A stretch of DNA of 64,000 bases, taken from Lingula anatina. Taxonomy: Eukaryota; Animalia; Brachiopoda. The notes beneath the pieces were generated by a model. It was not told where the DNA came from. It ran no database searches and was given only the letters and a program-made list of their open reading frames with translations. The DNA lies in the NCBI GenBank assembly GCA_051362555.1, contig CM120643.1, positions 27,532,848-27,596,847 of the forward strand, read 5' to 3'. The position numbers and the translations under genes were made by a program. Of the stretch, positions 26,110 through 41,424 are shown piece after piece. Numbering within the stretch: position 1 is the first letter of the stretch; every line of letters starts with the position of its first letter.

Positions 26110-27256
26110 GTTACCATAACTTTACCATAATGATTTTTGAGTTATATAAACGTCATGGTAACGTTACAATAACGTTCTGTGTTTGCCGGGTGTGTAATTG
26201 TATGATTGCAACTTTTACACATTCAAGATATGGGAAACAGACGTCACGCTGGTGGAAGGATACCGCCAGGGGGCAGTTAGTGACGGGGAGGACAAATGCG
26301 ACCAATTTGTCACAATGTGTCCGTTCTTCGTAACACAGGGCACTAACATTCACAATCACATACTAGCGGATGTCATTTCAAATTCTATATGAACAGGAAA
26401 GTGGACAGAAAGTGCGGTCACTGTCTGATAAGAAAATAAGATTATAAGGATGAAAGGTCCGTAACATATTTTACACCCCGCCCTCCTAACTCGACCGCTT
26501 CTAAAAAACTTCGATCAAGTAAATAAGGCCTCTCAAGGGATGTCTCATTTAAGACCATACAATGAAGGATTTCTTTTCATGACCGTGACTCCCCCTTCAT
26601 TTATTAACACAATGATTAAGAAAAAGTTTTCTCTCACTATAACTAAACCATTGGCGTGGTCCCGGTTAGGAATATGCCTTCCTGACGAGAGATAGGATAT
26701 TGAAGCAAGAAGACGAGAATGTTGAAAACTCCCTACAGGTTAATACCCATATCTGCCTCCACTCTTCCCCCCTCTTTCGAATCAAATCAAGAATGTTTAC
26801 ATATTTCATGGTTGTGGGATTCCCACAGATGAAACTTTCATACTTTTTGCATCTTCATGGATTGTACACACTCGAACGTGTCTGGACATTGGGGAGCAGT
26901 GAAACTTGAACAGGGGTTTTATGAGTGCAAGCCGGGATTGAGAGAAAATTCAACCACCTACGTCGATTCCGAAAGAAGCTGGTTTGTGATTTGTGTCTTT
27001 GTGCTTTTGGAGTCAATGTTTTCCTCGTATGTTTTTGCCAGGCACATGAAACCTATTATATGAGGTTTTGTGATGGTATACAGTTAAAGCTATTTGGAGT
27101 GATTTGATCACGATTATGTATTAACAAGGTGAACTGTGGGCAACACCTGGTCAAAAGGTTGCCATCTTTGATCTGATTTGGCTTTTACCACTTTTGGTAC
27201 AAAAGGCTTTGGAAATATTCGGAACAATTCCACGTCTCATACCCAGTGAGCCGATG

Positions 27257-27304
27257 TTCCACGTAAACAACCACTGTACATTCCACGTAAACAACCACTG
27301 TACA
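27257..27304. repeat. Exact 24-bp tandem duplication
   Basis: ttccacgtaaacaaccactgtaca x2. Confidence 0.9.
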
Positions 27305-30300
27305 TAAAATAACTTCGATTAAGAGACGAACTGGACTTGATTAAGAGATATAAACACGTCAAACAAGGAGTTAGGTTTGCCAACTGTACCTAAATATAGA
27401 CCTATAGGTTCTGCAAGCTGTTCCTTGATGATTTGACACCGGAAATGGACAGGCCCCTGTACACATAGAACAAGAATATTTTACAGCAAATTTGAAACGT
27501 TGGGGTTAAAAAACATTCAATCCCCTTACGTTTTGTTATATATTTTATTCGAAGCAGAATTTAAGTGCATAGTACGCTTAATTAGAAAAAATGAAACACA
27601 GATGCCAGTGAGAGGGAAATCAATCAGATACATGTGCTACTAATTATAGCGATACTAGCAAAATACAAATTGAAACCACAAACAAATAGTCGTACAAAAT
27701 TTGAACAAAATTGCGTTAACAATACGCAGTAATCCTTGCACTAATATAAAGTGATGATCCAGAGAAGGCATTCGGTGGCTTAAAGGTATATATATATGAA
27801 AAGAAAACCGTGTCCAGTTTATTGTCATGTCAAATTATCGTCCTAATATGTCGCTCTTTAAAAAGAAAGTACAGAAGTATAGCTACCCCACGGATGAATT
27901 GGGTATTAACAAGTAAGAGAGAGGTAGAGCAGTGCGTTTGTGGGTGTGTGCGTGAGAGAGGGAGAGATGTCTTAAACCCCGTGGAAAAATTGATAATATT
28001 CGTGATAAGATACAATATGTTTACCTTAAAGGTGCTATTTAATTTCACATTTATTCTTCTAAAATGACTATTATTGGAACACAATTTCATGCACGAGTCA
28101 GCAGTTCATGGATAAGAATAAGACAGTAAACAATATCATAATCTGAAACGTGCACCAAAACACTGCAGCAAAACGGGGAGAGAGTAGACTGCAAAAAAAC
28201 AGGGACGCCAGTACTCCGCCACCCTCGAACCCCTTGGGTAATAACGAGCGTTCCATTTCCTCTTTTGAACGCATGTGTTGAACCCCAGCGTTTATTATCT
28301 ACGTAAAATGTCAACCTTACCGTGTCCTTGGTGTCCTAGTCATGTCCTTGTAAACAAACAATAGAGGAATGACGCGTTTGTTAATGTTATTAGTTCCACC
28401 CGTCTTGTTAATGGTGTTAGTGCGCTCTCGCCAGGCTGTTAGTGTATTGTACGCGGCGTGCGTGGCTTAGTACTCCGTGCAAAAAAGGGTCAATTTCTGA
28501 ACGTGATAGGTTGTCTTGATGCACAGACAGTACAATGACGTCAGCAGACGCGTATATAGGTATGTGTTTATGTTCACTTTTTGATTATTTAGCTTTTGAT
28601 GTCCGAGCATCGGTAAGATATTAAGAAGATTGCAATGAGAAGAGGAGGTATTTCTGTTCCCCCCTTTCTCTCTCTCTCTCTCCCTCATCGCTTACTTTTT
28701 CTTTCCATCCCTCTGTTCCCCATTTACTCCTCTGCCTTTACCTTCTGGCTTTTGCATTCACAATGTTTCCAAATTATGTTCTCAACGTTCCGACATTTTC
28801 AGTTGACACCAAGGTAATAGTTAAGTACATTTATTAATTGCCACCAACATCAGATTTCTCTATTCCCAGACTCAGCCCCCCTCTCCCCCATCTCTTCTCT
28901 TTCTCTCTCCTTCCATATCTCTCTCTACCATCTGGAAAACATCCCCCAAGATGTTCCCAAATGATGTCCCCAAACATCCGAACATTTTAGGCTCCAGCCA
29001 TAGCCTTTCAGCGCATCTGTTAATTGCTAGAGCCACCTTGCCTTTTATGGGACTTTGCTATACAAAGAGCTCGGAGGATGACTCACACCAAGGTCGCACG
29101 GTTCCTGCATCATTTATAACCATGCTGATGCCACGACATAAACTGTGTTCAGAACAGCGTACAGTTGCCCTTATAACGGTTCCGTGCCGCTATTATATGT
29201 TATATGTGTTATATATGTTATATACTATGTGTTTACCGCCTAGCAGAGATTTCGTCGCTAAACTGTCATATTTAAGGAGTATGTAATAAAGGTATGCGAT
29301 ACTTTTCCCTGTTTATCTGTGAAAGGGTTAAGAAAGTTCCCGGGTTCTGGCATGAAATTATCAAAACAGGGATTGTGGAGAGAGGAGGGTGGGGAGGGTT
29401 TTGGTTTTCCATTATTCTATTCCACCGTCTGGTTTTACTGAATGTGAATTAACTTATATAGGATCTTAGTCGTACTGATGTGCGTTATCATTTATAGATA
29501 TAGATCTACCTAAAAAGAGGGAAACGCTAAATTATATCAGCAGTATATTGCAAAAAGATCATATAATAAAATATGCAATGTACATGATTTTATATGTTTT
29601 CCGCCTAGCCACTTTGCCATGTGTGTGTGTGTATATATATATGTGTGTGGGTTCGTTAAATGCATTATCATATATAGATTCAACTTTTCTTAATATGCGG
29701 GATATGTCGAGTTATAATTAGCGTGGAGCCAAATCATCTAACACCTGGTTTTATAACACACGTGTGACCTACTAAGTGATGTAGACATAGAAATACGTAT
29801 TGCTTGATCACTATATACTATACTTTTAATTTCATTTTGCTTTAACATTTAAATAATGCTGATAATTTCATTTGGGCGTGCAGGGTTTGGGATTACATGC
29901 CGGCATTTTTAGATTTTATTTGGTTATATGAGGACGAATTCGACTTTTGTCTTATGGTGCAGCAGGGGTCCCTTAATGAGCAGCTATTTTCTCACTTTAT
30001 CAGGCAGTTTAGAAATTCGATATCAGTATTTTTTGCATATCATGGAGTGGAAAACGTCAAAATTGCTTGTCCTTTTATGTACAAAATTTAGTAAGACGAA
30101 AGGGTTCATGGTAATTGAGGCTAGGTGACTTTAAATGGTACCACATCATTTAAATAAAGGCGTATTGGTGCCATTTTGGCATTGGGCTATGTATACGCAT
30201 TATAAGGGTGCAGCCGTAGTCCTACCATAGGCTTGTATACCAAGATGACACGGGGTTTGAACCGTCTTTCTGGAACTGAAGCGTTGGTGTTCTGTAATGT

Positions 30301-31560
30301 TTCGCACTGGCTTATGTGCGACGAGGGAGCTTAAGCTACAGACACTGTAATGAAGAGAGGATTTGTTCCTAGGACAAAGAAAAACAGACCAGAGAATTTA
30401 AGTATCATCATTACGTTACCCAGATTAAACTAGAAACGATACCTTTTGCACTAAAAGCAGTGACACAGTGGCAGGCCTAAGGTTTTGCTTGGAGGGGGGG
30501 TCGAATTGGGGTTTGTGGGGGGCAAGGAAGTTGAATATTATACCAAGTACTGCACGGCAAATATTAAATCGTAGACGAGGATAATTGTACTGTAACATTA
30601 GTACAGGGATGGTGAAGTGCTAGTTAGTCATTATCATTAAATTTATTTATTTATTTATTTTTTTTTTTGGGGGGGGGGGGGCAGGGCGACAAGTCTTCTA
30701 TTGGTCTTCTGTTGACTGTGTTAGCTGTCGCCGACGTCTATCTGGCAGCCACTGCTGGCAGAAGCTGATGGGACACGCCCACCCGCACTGGCGTACACTG
30801 CTAACGAACTGGAAATTGATTTTCTTTGGCTTGGCAGAACTACAGCGTTCCACCTTCCTCTTTGTCTCTTAGTAATCATGTATGTCGTTCTGGTTCTTTC
30901 TACTGTTATATAAACGACGTTATAGAGGGCATTACTTAACACAGCCAAGTATACGTAGGCGTTTCGTGCCACCACTTATTTTTGTAACTATTTATTTACA
31001 CATTGGTTTATTCTCTATTTATGTAACTAAAGCTCGAACAAAGCCGTCTCCAGTCTTTATCTTTCCTAAATACACCTCAGTTTTCACCTGTTTGCGACAG
31101 ACATTCGAGATTATAGATGTCAATAACTTTGAAACGTCTCAGCCGTGAAAGAAAGCAGGTCTTGCAAGTAATCCAGCCGTACGCATTTAACGGCCAGAGC
31201 CTTGTTATCACTGTCCTTATTAACAAAAGCAAATTGTTGCCATGTAGCTGTCATATCAGAGGTATCATTTAGCCTAAGCTCGACATCTGGCTTATTCATA
31301 TGACAGTTACCTTACCACACCGTGTATTATGACAATGGAGGAAACATCCAACATCTTCTGTCAACTAATTGAACTTTGTAATCCTTGTACCGGTTATTTA
31401 TTGGTCGAATATCTGTTCGTATACGACACAGAACACATTGAAGCGTCGTTGGCCTCACAAAAAATTGGAGTTTCAGAAATGACAAGGATCATAGGTGAAA
31501 TATCTCACATGAAAGATTATTTACATTAGATAACTTGTTAGAGAGAAATGTTTTTAAATA

Positions 31561-31645
31561 TATAATATAATATAATATAATATAATATAATATAATATAA
31601 TATAATATAATATAATATAATATAATATAATATAATATAATATAA
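31561..31645. repeat. (TATAA)n microsatellite
   Basis: Direct reading. Confidence 0.95.
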
Positions 31646-32274
31646 ATGGAGCTGGAACTGAAGTATCTTGAATATCCAAGCTAAGCAACGATTAGCTATT
31701 AGAACAACAAAGAAAAAATTCACCCAAAAGACGTGTTCGACGATAAATGATAATTTGAATTATAAGGTTACAAGTTTCTTTGTGGAGTCTGTTGTAATTG
31801 TTGCACGTTATTAAGCCCTATGCAAATCATAATGACGCGTTTTACGACCAACGCATACTGTATTAATAGCGTACGATTAAAGTTCACACCTTTGCACATC
31901 GATGTGGCATATGATAATAACCAGCAGACACATGCAAAAGCAGTTCATTGAAAATAAATACACATATTACACTTAGTTAAACCTTGGGAAAGCGGTGCAA
32001 GAAACGGAGATAGAGGAGATGAAAATGATGAAAATAATCATTGAATTTTTGCATCCGCCATTTTTTAGTAGTCTGAACCCTATCCAAACATGTCATGGAT
32101 GGATTTAGATCGTGTAATGCATGCTTTTATGACACTGATCACTGATAAGCCTATAAGACCGTATAGTCGCGGGAGTTAGAACCCATGTTCAACGTCGATA
32201 TGCCTGTATGACAAAACGACATTTGAGGCCATGCGGACACTATATAGGGCATATATCCCTCTTTAGCTCACCAA

Positions 32275-32277
32275 AAA

Positions 32278-32324
<47 letters not shown>

Positions 32325-32367
32325 AATAATAATAAAATAAAATAAATAAATAAATAAATAAATAAAT
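32275..32367. repeat. (AAAT)n microsatellite
   Basis: Direct reading. Confidence 0.95.
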
Positions 32368-35300
32368 GCGTCGAGAGACAGCATCTCGGGAACAAAGAAA
32401 CTTCAGGCTCCGTGTTCGCAAATTATGATAATTTTGATAATGATATCGGTTTCCCGGATGTTAGTTATGCAATCATTTCTTGGAAACACGGAAATGTATC
32501 AAGATTAACTAACGCCTACTCCTGTTGCCCCGACTTCACACAAGATGCTGTGTTCTTGTTTTATATGTTGCTCGATGTCTTGATCAAAAACTAACCCCAA
32601 ATCTACCTTAAGATTGGTCCTATAAAACAGAAAATATGACTTGTTTTTGACATAACCAGAATACATGTCATGTGCAAAAGAATAGTTCCTAACATCCATT
32701 TATTGAAATAGTTGATAATATTTAATATTTCACAGAAATTATCTTTTGGTATCTGCAGAAAAGTGTACGCAGTAATGAAGTGGTAATGTTTTGACTCAAA
32801 TGCCTCATCGGTATTAAAGTTTTGTATCTCTGTACTTTCGATTTTGACAGAGGTTGACCACTGCAATGTATACAGGAAAACAAGCACTACAATATATAAT
32901 GGAAAACAAAGTTGCAGTCGCATCGTCACTGCCTCGGCAGGATGGCGTCACATAGATATTTCAATAAAATAGGGGACTCTGCACCCAAGACAGGCCCTGG
33001 GCAGTGTAGGGGCTGCAGCAAATGAATATATCTCTGACACATATGAGGTGAGAAGGCACTTAGCCTACTATACCTGCACTGATGGTAACCCGTTATGGGC
33101 CCCCTCAGTTACAAAACCTCATCTCGGTCTAGAGAGACGCGGCTGAAAACCCCATAGATAAAGTCAGTGACGCGCATCCATAATGTAATTATTAAGCAAG
33201 AGACCATGCGAGCACCGCGGTAGTTGAACCCCAGGTCTCAGCAGGCTGAATATCTTGGTCTGATTCCCAGTTTGTTCCAAGACACTTCCTGTAAGACCAT
33301 ATAGTCCTTCTGCTGCAGTTGCTTGCCGTTGACAAAAGGCGAGTTTTAGTAGATTTTCCTGTCTATGTAACGTAGGCCTATAATGTATAATAACATAATA
33401 ATATTGGTTCAGCTACTTTGGTTTTAAAAATACGTACAGATGTGTGTCTCTTATACACACACATAAGTTGTAGGTAAAGATGAATATCAAAATGTCGCAT
33501 TATTGTTTAGGGTTGAAATTGACAAAATGCCTGGGTTTCACCTATTACTCTCCGAAGTGGGAAACAAACTAAGATTCTGGCACAATCATGCAGGTTTCCT
33601 ATCAAAACTATGTTTTATGTAAAGAAAGTTGTATATATTTGTACTTTCACGTCTGTATAAAAAATATTTAGTAGTCCTTTTATATAAAAAATTTTTGCTG
33701 GTGATCCGATAAACTAAAAAAGCGAGTTTTTAGTATAATCAAATTGATGCCGAGCCGATTTGTATGTAAAGTCAAACATCTTTAAGCTAACAACGCTTTT
33801 GAATTAAGAATTGGCCATTCCAAGAGTTTGTGTTTCGTGCTTGTGTCTAAACATACAGGTTTTTAATTGACATCCAAATTAAGGATGCTGGTGTAGATTC
33901 AAAATGCCTTTTAAAGGAAATCTTTAAAAGATATTGTTTATTTGAAATTATTGCAAATATATATTAAAACGTTATTAGGAATCACGTAGGCTTTGAACTG
34001 AGAGCGTTGTTTAAGGTAATACTTAAGATTCTTAAAGTTCACGGCACAGACGGCGTTTTGTTTTTAACAACTTCGACCCAATATCGATTTCCAAATTTAG
34101 CCTGTGTAGATTCCCACCGGGGTTTTAAATATTGAACGTGAAGTTTCTATCAAGTACGCCACAAACTGGGCAATACACAGGGCTCTGTGAGCGGATTTCA
34201 ACATGAAATTCGATACCTTGTGACACTTCATTCAAGGTCTTCCTACAACGTTATTTTAAGATTTTTGAGGGTTTACTGTTGGGTAACGGTGGTTAGTTTA
34301 AATACTTGACTACCTGGACAAAAAGGCCGATCTTAAAGATGTGCGCAGTTATCCGTGGAATGTATGCTGTATCTCGAGCTATGAGTGTTGCTTATGTAAT
34401 TGGACACATAGCTCTCTGTTGGAAAAATATGATGGTTAATGAAAATATACGCTATGTACTGTCCTTAAGAAATTTCGTGAATAATTCACACGTCAGAGAA
34501 CAGTTTAGGTTACTTTAAACCTGAAATTTTCTATTTATTTCAAATGACAAACAGCACAGTTTTCGCACTTTGGTACTAATATATTACCTTTTTTTCTCCC
34601 AGTCAGAGTGAAACAAGTAATTACCTGGAATATTTTATTAAAATGACGTTTCGGAGATAAAATAGGATGAGGTATTTGCTCTTGAACCTGTGTGTCTGTC
34701 GTGATGACGCAAACACGAACAGAGTTGGAGACTATAGCACCTTATTAAAGTCATTTATAGGAAGTCTCTCAATTAAAAAGTTGACATTGACGCAATTTTT
34801 AATTAGGGCAGATATCCATTGACGATGACATCTAACACCTTTGAGGGAAGTCGTCAACTCTTAACATACAACAACGCTAAGTTTGCTTATTAGGTAAGCT
34901 ATAGCTCACACATTGAAAACGGACCCAAAATATTCATCAATGGAAGAAGTGAAAAATGAATAGGACAAATTAAACAGTTATTGTATTATTAGATCTTAAA
35001 ACATGAAATCACATGTTGTTGCAAGAGCGAAATGCGAGTTACAACTACTGTTTAACAACCTGTCTGTTAAATGTTGGTTTGAAGCAAGGGAGCTGGACAT
35101 GTTCCCAAGAGAGAGTTGTTTATTGCTTTTTAAAAAAAAGAAAAGTGACAAACAAAAGGAACTCCTTTTCCGTATAGGTATTATAGAAAAATACAAGGAG
35201 AGGTAGGTTTTGAGCATCCTCTGCATCGTGATGGGATGGTTGTATTATTCAACATAGTGTTTGGTTTGTTGCATCTTTATTTGGAAAAAGAGGTAGGCGT

Positions 35301-38300
35301 TTTGTCACGATGTCATGATGTTAAGCAAAGGAAAAGCGTCTGACGTCATACCCAACAGCCTGGGAAGAGAACACCCAACTTTGAAAGATACCACAAAGTA
35401 CCTATGAACCGCTAGAATTGAAATCCTATTATCCGTTTTTATCTTATATTCAGCGACTATTGGCGTAAAGACTGTACCGTATTGATTTTTTTATGCCGTA
35501 TCGCATCAAAAACGTGAAGGCTTACATACAGATAAGTCCATATTGAATGTGTTACGTGGATTGACGTAAGCGACACATTGATCTCGACGTATTCCGTGAC
35601 GCGTTATGACGTCACAAAGCTACGCTAAATATCCGATCTCAGGATCTTCCTCTTGTAATGGAATAGGCACTAAGGCATTGCAATATCTCTCAAATGATAC
35701 AATAAGAAGTGTGAATAATTTTACCTCTCCCTCTACTGCGTTTATCTTCAACCCGAGTTGATACTTTATTACGAAGTAAGTACTTTTTACTCAAATATTA
35801 TCAGCAGATAGGCGGGTATTTGGTTTCTAAAGATAAAAACACAAAATAATCATCATCATGACACCAAATAAAACGCTTATTTCGAATAAAAAGGGCATTT
35901 AAAGTGGTACTTTTGTCCATTACCTTTTCAGTAAGAAAAAGGCCCAGGGATAACGAGAACAGTTTTACTATAATATGAAGGGCACAGGGAAGGCAAATTG
36001 TTTTTGACTCGTTTTGCTCGGTATACCGTTTATTTTTCCTTTTTCTTTTTAATTAAAAAAGTCAAGGGCGGACCCCCCCCCCTCCACCCAACCACCCCCA
36101 CCCCCAACCCCACGGCGGGTGTTAGTGACCTTCATGATGGTGAATTTAAATTCATTTTTAACATTTTAACCTGTGAATAATATGCCATGGCCAGGTGCGT
36201 GTGCGTCAGGTGTGTGTGTCAGGTGTGACGGTCGGTCATCTGAAGGTGTGTCGTTAATGTCTTTAAATGATGGACGCGTGGGTATCAACCAGACATTAAA
36301 CACACAGACTATAACACGCAGAGGTGGCTCCGTGACAGCCAGTGTGTTGACTGAACTACTTCACTGGTGTTCAGCAATATGACGGCAGATGGAGCTGTGG
36401 ACTATTTTGATTGCAAGATAAGCACATTCGTCAACAATGAATCATTTCATTATTGGAATCGATACTCCGCTGTGGTTGTGTATTGATATAAATATGAAGT
36501 GATCACTCTTGATAACGAGGACCTAGATAAACCAAGTATCAAAGTTATATAGAACTTGTAGTCAAGGCCAAGCGTCTATACCAGTGATATTTGTACACTG
36601 AAGTGCTTGCTTATGTTAAAAATCAGTATTTCCTATAAAGCCAAAGGACACTGAAAATCATAAGTAACATATTCAAAATAGTTGATATTATAGGCTTGAT
36701 ACGCTTTAAAATTGATAGGTTTTATCAGTAATCTCTCTCTCTCTCTCTCTTATTATTATTATTAATGTTATACGTGTCCGTTCAACCTTCTCTTTATCCG
36801 CTATTGTTGTGTCAATGAATCAGCTAGAATAATAAATGAAAATAAACATAAAATTGACAGCCATCGTGAAAATTTGAATGTGTGGATACCAGTCTCAATA
36901 TGTTCGTCATATAACACTCAGTATGCTCGATGAATCATCAAAGCCAACGCTACACAGCGCTCAGGTAAGGCCGTTTGACAAATTAAAGAAATCATCTCTG
37001 TCAGTTGATTTGGGCTTTACACTTTACATGTTAGTAAGAGCCATAACGTGTAGTTTTCATGCCTACATTTCCCCCTTTGTAAATCTAAAACACATGTTTG
37101 GAGAATTTGGGCCGTTCTGATGGACCGCTGGATCGATTTTCTACTACGTTGCCCTCTGGCCCTTTCCGCTTTTTCGAAATTGAGTAAACACGATTCTGTT
37201 ATCGCACCTGCGTATTCGACAGAGGCAAGCAGAAATGTTGTTAAAAGCTTTGCAGACTGAAACTCTGCATAGACTTAAAGCCAGTGACTGTTTCGCTTCT
37301 CTGAAATATGAATGATAAAGGCGTGTCCGTTTGCGCATGATCAGTCTCATCACGGCTATATAGCACTTTTCTTCCTGCTTTTTGACAGTTAAAAATCATA
37401 TCTGTCAGTTTTCAATGTCATACCCAATAAATTAATTTAAGTACTTGTTTGTTCAAAGAAAACCTTTCCATGCGTTTGGGATATAAATGCCTCATATATA
37501 TTATGGCTCATTCTGAGCATCTGTTTTAAATTGCGGTATAATTTCCCATATGACGTCACCAACATATATGACGTCACATGCATGGTGTGACGAAGTCCAT
37601 TATTTTCATTCCATATTTTTCATGGGTTTTTCTGAGAACAATGTCATTCAGGTTACTGAGAGTGAGAGGGTGGATATAAGGATAAGACATAGTCTGACAA
37701 GGTCCGGGGTATGTCTCCCTCGTGGCGGGATATCCTCTGGAGGAGGCCACCAGATGGGGTTCCCGGTTATAGGTGACGTGTTAATGTTCTATAAGTGGGC
37801 GTGCTATAGGTCTGTCATTCCTCGTTAAACATGAGGGACCTCCCATTCTTTCTCGTCACTCTCTATCTGTCCTCCTTTTATCTCATCTTCCATTTCTTTC
37901 ACATTCTCCATCTCCCTTATACACACACACACACACACACACACATGCACAGTAAGTGCTCTCTCTTTCTCCCCCCTCTCTCCCTCTCTCTCTCTCTCTC
38001 TCTTGATGTTTCCATATGAAGCCAATATTTTAAGCTCACTTTTTTTTTACCGATGTTTAGTATAGTAAAGGCTCTTTACTTACTCTGCTGGGGAAAAGTA
38101 AGGTATAATGGCGCTGTTCAACATAAAGCTCAAAGACCTTCAAAATGTTGCTTAGGACGCGGGACTCCAGGAACACATCTGTTGAAGATAATATCTGCAC
38201 TTTACCTGAGCTCTATTACCTAGCCACTATTACCTTGTTTCTACAGGTGGAATTTCAAGTATGTTTACTTCTTGATATAATTAGACCCAAGGAGTATTGC

Positions 38301-39570
38301 AACTCAGTCTGCGTAATCTTTGGAAATAGTTTACGTACAATGTGCAGATGTACAGATAAAATTGACAGTCGTTAGAAATGTTTAGAGACAGTAATGATCT
38401 TATTCAGATTGATTTAGAGTGTCTGCGCATGCTTAGTAGGTCAAACCTGAAGTAGGAGAATATCACGCAAGATTTCCTACTTGTGAAGATTACCAAGGAG
38501 GTTAGTAGGTCAAGGTTGCCAGCCCTGGTTACAATATCTAATTAAGCCAGGTTTGCAATTAACTAGAATTTCAAGGAATCTTTAAAAGTTAGGTATTACA
38601 ATTGGCAATACCAAAGCCTGAATGTGGTGTCATTTGGACATAACAACTGTATGGATTAAAAAAAATTGAATGCCCATAAAACGTTACAATTGTAATTTAG
38701 ACACGCCCTTCCAAAATATGGCAGATTTACCAGATTTGAAGCACCCTCACCTTGGGCATATGATTTGGCTGGAGACCCTGAACACACGAGAGGTAAAGTT
38801 GGATATAGCTGAAACCTAAAGCACGGAAACCCAGGAAAATTTAAAACAGGTCAGAAAGGCCTTATCAGAATAGTTAACAGTATTACTTACGAAGTGTACA
38901 GTGTGGAAGGTATGATATTAATCATGAACTTAATGGAATTATAATGGCGAATGAATCAGTTGTTTAATACTTCAGATACACTACGTTAAATTCCAGAAAT
39001 TTATGTGTAAAATCATAATACATGTACTTCGCAGAAAAGGGTGTTTACAAAGTTTTTACCAGAATGTGTTGAGTTCTTCATTGTGATAGCCCACAAAACA
39101 AAAATAAAAAACAAGTTGCAGCGACTTGAATGAATGAATAATCACACCGCACGGCAATAATGGTGACGTAGCTCTCTTGATGACGTAGCTTTCTTGATGA
39201 CGTGGCTCTTGTGATGACGTGTTCGCGTGAGCAGTAGACAGAACACGCAGGCTTTGCTGTTGGGTTATTGAAGGGGCATGAGGGCAACAAAACGACTTGT
39301 TTTGAAAACAAACATTGGTTTGAGACTCCAGACACCTGTGTCTTTTCCTTTGCTTGTCGGTAATTTTGATCTAAAATGAACAGATAAACAGAAAAATTAT
39401 GAAGATATATATCTGAAATTAACCAAGTACCATGTAAAATTTTGTTAATTTTACTCAGATGAATATATGGCTTTGATAAGTATTTTTCATGCAGCTTTAT
39501 GAAAGGCCTCCCCATATTAGCAAAGCGTAAGACACATTTTGAGTAGCTTGGTATTTACTTACGTGACTGA

Positions 39571-39763
39571 GGGCGCATTCAGAACACGTTGATCCGCAAA
39601 ATAAGAAGTCCGCGGATTAAACATGGCCGACCCACTTAAAACTTTCCCAGCATCCCTGAATAGATTCCATGCAGAGATTATGCGGTAAACTTTCAAGTGA
39701 GTCGGCCATATTCGGTCCGAGGATCTGTTAATCCGTGGAACAACTTTAGTCGTGATTGTGGCC
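39571..39763. mobile_element. Degenerate fold-back MITE, Harbinger-like
   Basis: Internal inverted arms atggccgacccactt / aagtgagtcggccat; GG..CC ends flanked by TGA on both sides. Confidence 0.5.
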
Positions 39764-41173
39764 TGAGAGGTTCGTCAAGTGTACATGTATTCCACCAATT
39801 AGGCCCCTGTGACCATTTGCATCGATCTGTTTGATGCATGTACTAGTACCTTAGGTAAATTAGAGTGCCTTCAACATGGCCATGGCATCTTCTAACACTT
39901 CTCTGCGTGTAATGTAAATATTTCGTGTTGGGGGTCTTGTAGATGAACATGGGTGCCCGGGGACTGATTTGAAAGAATTCCACACTTATACAAAGATGAC
40001 TGTGTGCAGGTGCGTTCTCTTTGTCAATATTTCTATTGCTTTCAAAACTAAGAGCAAATAATTAATGCTTCCTCGGAGATACAGTTCAAAATACTTACAC
40101 CACACCTTTAATTTTGGAAAATACATTTATATATATATATACGAGTCTATAATACGACCGTGGTTGGAATGATAATGGCGCAGTTGGAACCGGGCAACTC
40201 GACCGATGTCTTCCATTATTTCTGAGAGATACAGTATATCAGTTGACCTATTTGAGGGGACACAAGTGTCCCTGTTGGTATATAACAGGCAGAACTGTTG
40301 CCTTATTTTCATAACCTCGTTATTTGCCGCAAATATCCTCTGCAGAACCTGTTCTATGGTTTGCAAAAAGAGGCACTTTAGATGTGTTATGCATATGACC
40401 TGTTATAAATCTCTAAGGCTTCTTTAGTTGGCCCTCTTTGCTTTTATATAAAACGTGTATTTCAAAGAACACCAGCTTAAACCATGCGCTTAAAATCTTG
40501 ATAACAAGGTGTAGGGAGACTGTCTCCAGAACGTTCAACATCTGTACTATGTATGTACTTATGATGGTTCCAGTTCAACCTCGGTCTAACACAAAGAAAC
40601 CTAAGAACCCCGGGCGGTCAACCCCATAAACCCTGTTAGGAACAGATCGGTGTGTGTGCAGCAATGTTGACTGTGGTAATACAGCCTTATTGCAAGGCAG
40701 CACAGCCAGAACCAAAATCAATACTTCTCTGGCTTAACCAACAAGCATTACTTTGCCTTGGCAGCTCGCGCTGTACTAGCATTAATGATGGCACCTAGCT
40801 AGGCTCTGCAGACGATCTTTGCGTGGGTGGTAAGCGCGACCCTGGAGTGGCGGAATAAATTAACTGCGGAGCAATTATATTGCGTCGTATGCGTTTTTAT
40901 AGGCGACTTCTGCGCAGATAGGGAAAGATGATTTCGTTGAATTGTTTACAGTCTTTAAACAGGCAGCAAAGGGGATTGGAATAAAAGTGTTTACAAAGAG
41001 GTTGAGTGCTTTTCAAAGTTAATGAAATTAACTGGTTGAGAAGTGTTTTGAGTTACGCAGATGGTTGCAATGAGTCTGAATGGATTTGTGTGGGATATTT
41101 GAGCATAAAGATGAAAATGAACGATCTTGAAGCAGTGCTTGTTTTCTGTATTCCCATGAAAGATAACTATGAT

Positions 41174-41424
41174 CAGTGGCGGATTTAGGGGGAGTCGGAG
41201 GATTCTGATCTTCCCTCCCCCTTCGATTTCTGAAAAAAATCACACCAGTGGTCCCCTCTTGAAATTAAATTTTTGACTAGCTGAATCATAGTTCTAAGCC
41301 CTACCAAATGACACCATTCGCCATCTAAAATACCCAAATATTTCAGGGCCCTCCAGCAAGGGGGGGGGCGGCTTGGCATCTGCGGACCCCCTCCCCCCTA
41401 CAAATAATCCCGGATCCGCCCCTG
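41174..41424. mobile_element. MITE family CAGTGGCGGATTTAG...GGATCCGCCCCTG, copy 2
   Basis: Imperfect TIR; 6-bp duplication TATGAT at 41168-41173 and 41425-41430. Confidence 0.8.

Noticed and set aside
34575-34622. Strong acceptor (tactaat..ttttctcccag) with nearby gtaatt donor as a microexon
   Set aside because: The 14-nt segment is not frame-preserving and has an in-frame TGA; no support beyond motif match, though a poison exon cannot be excluded
39078-39515. 145-aa minus-strand ORF in intron 3
   Set aside because: No recognisable homology and it overlaps a short tandem motif array
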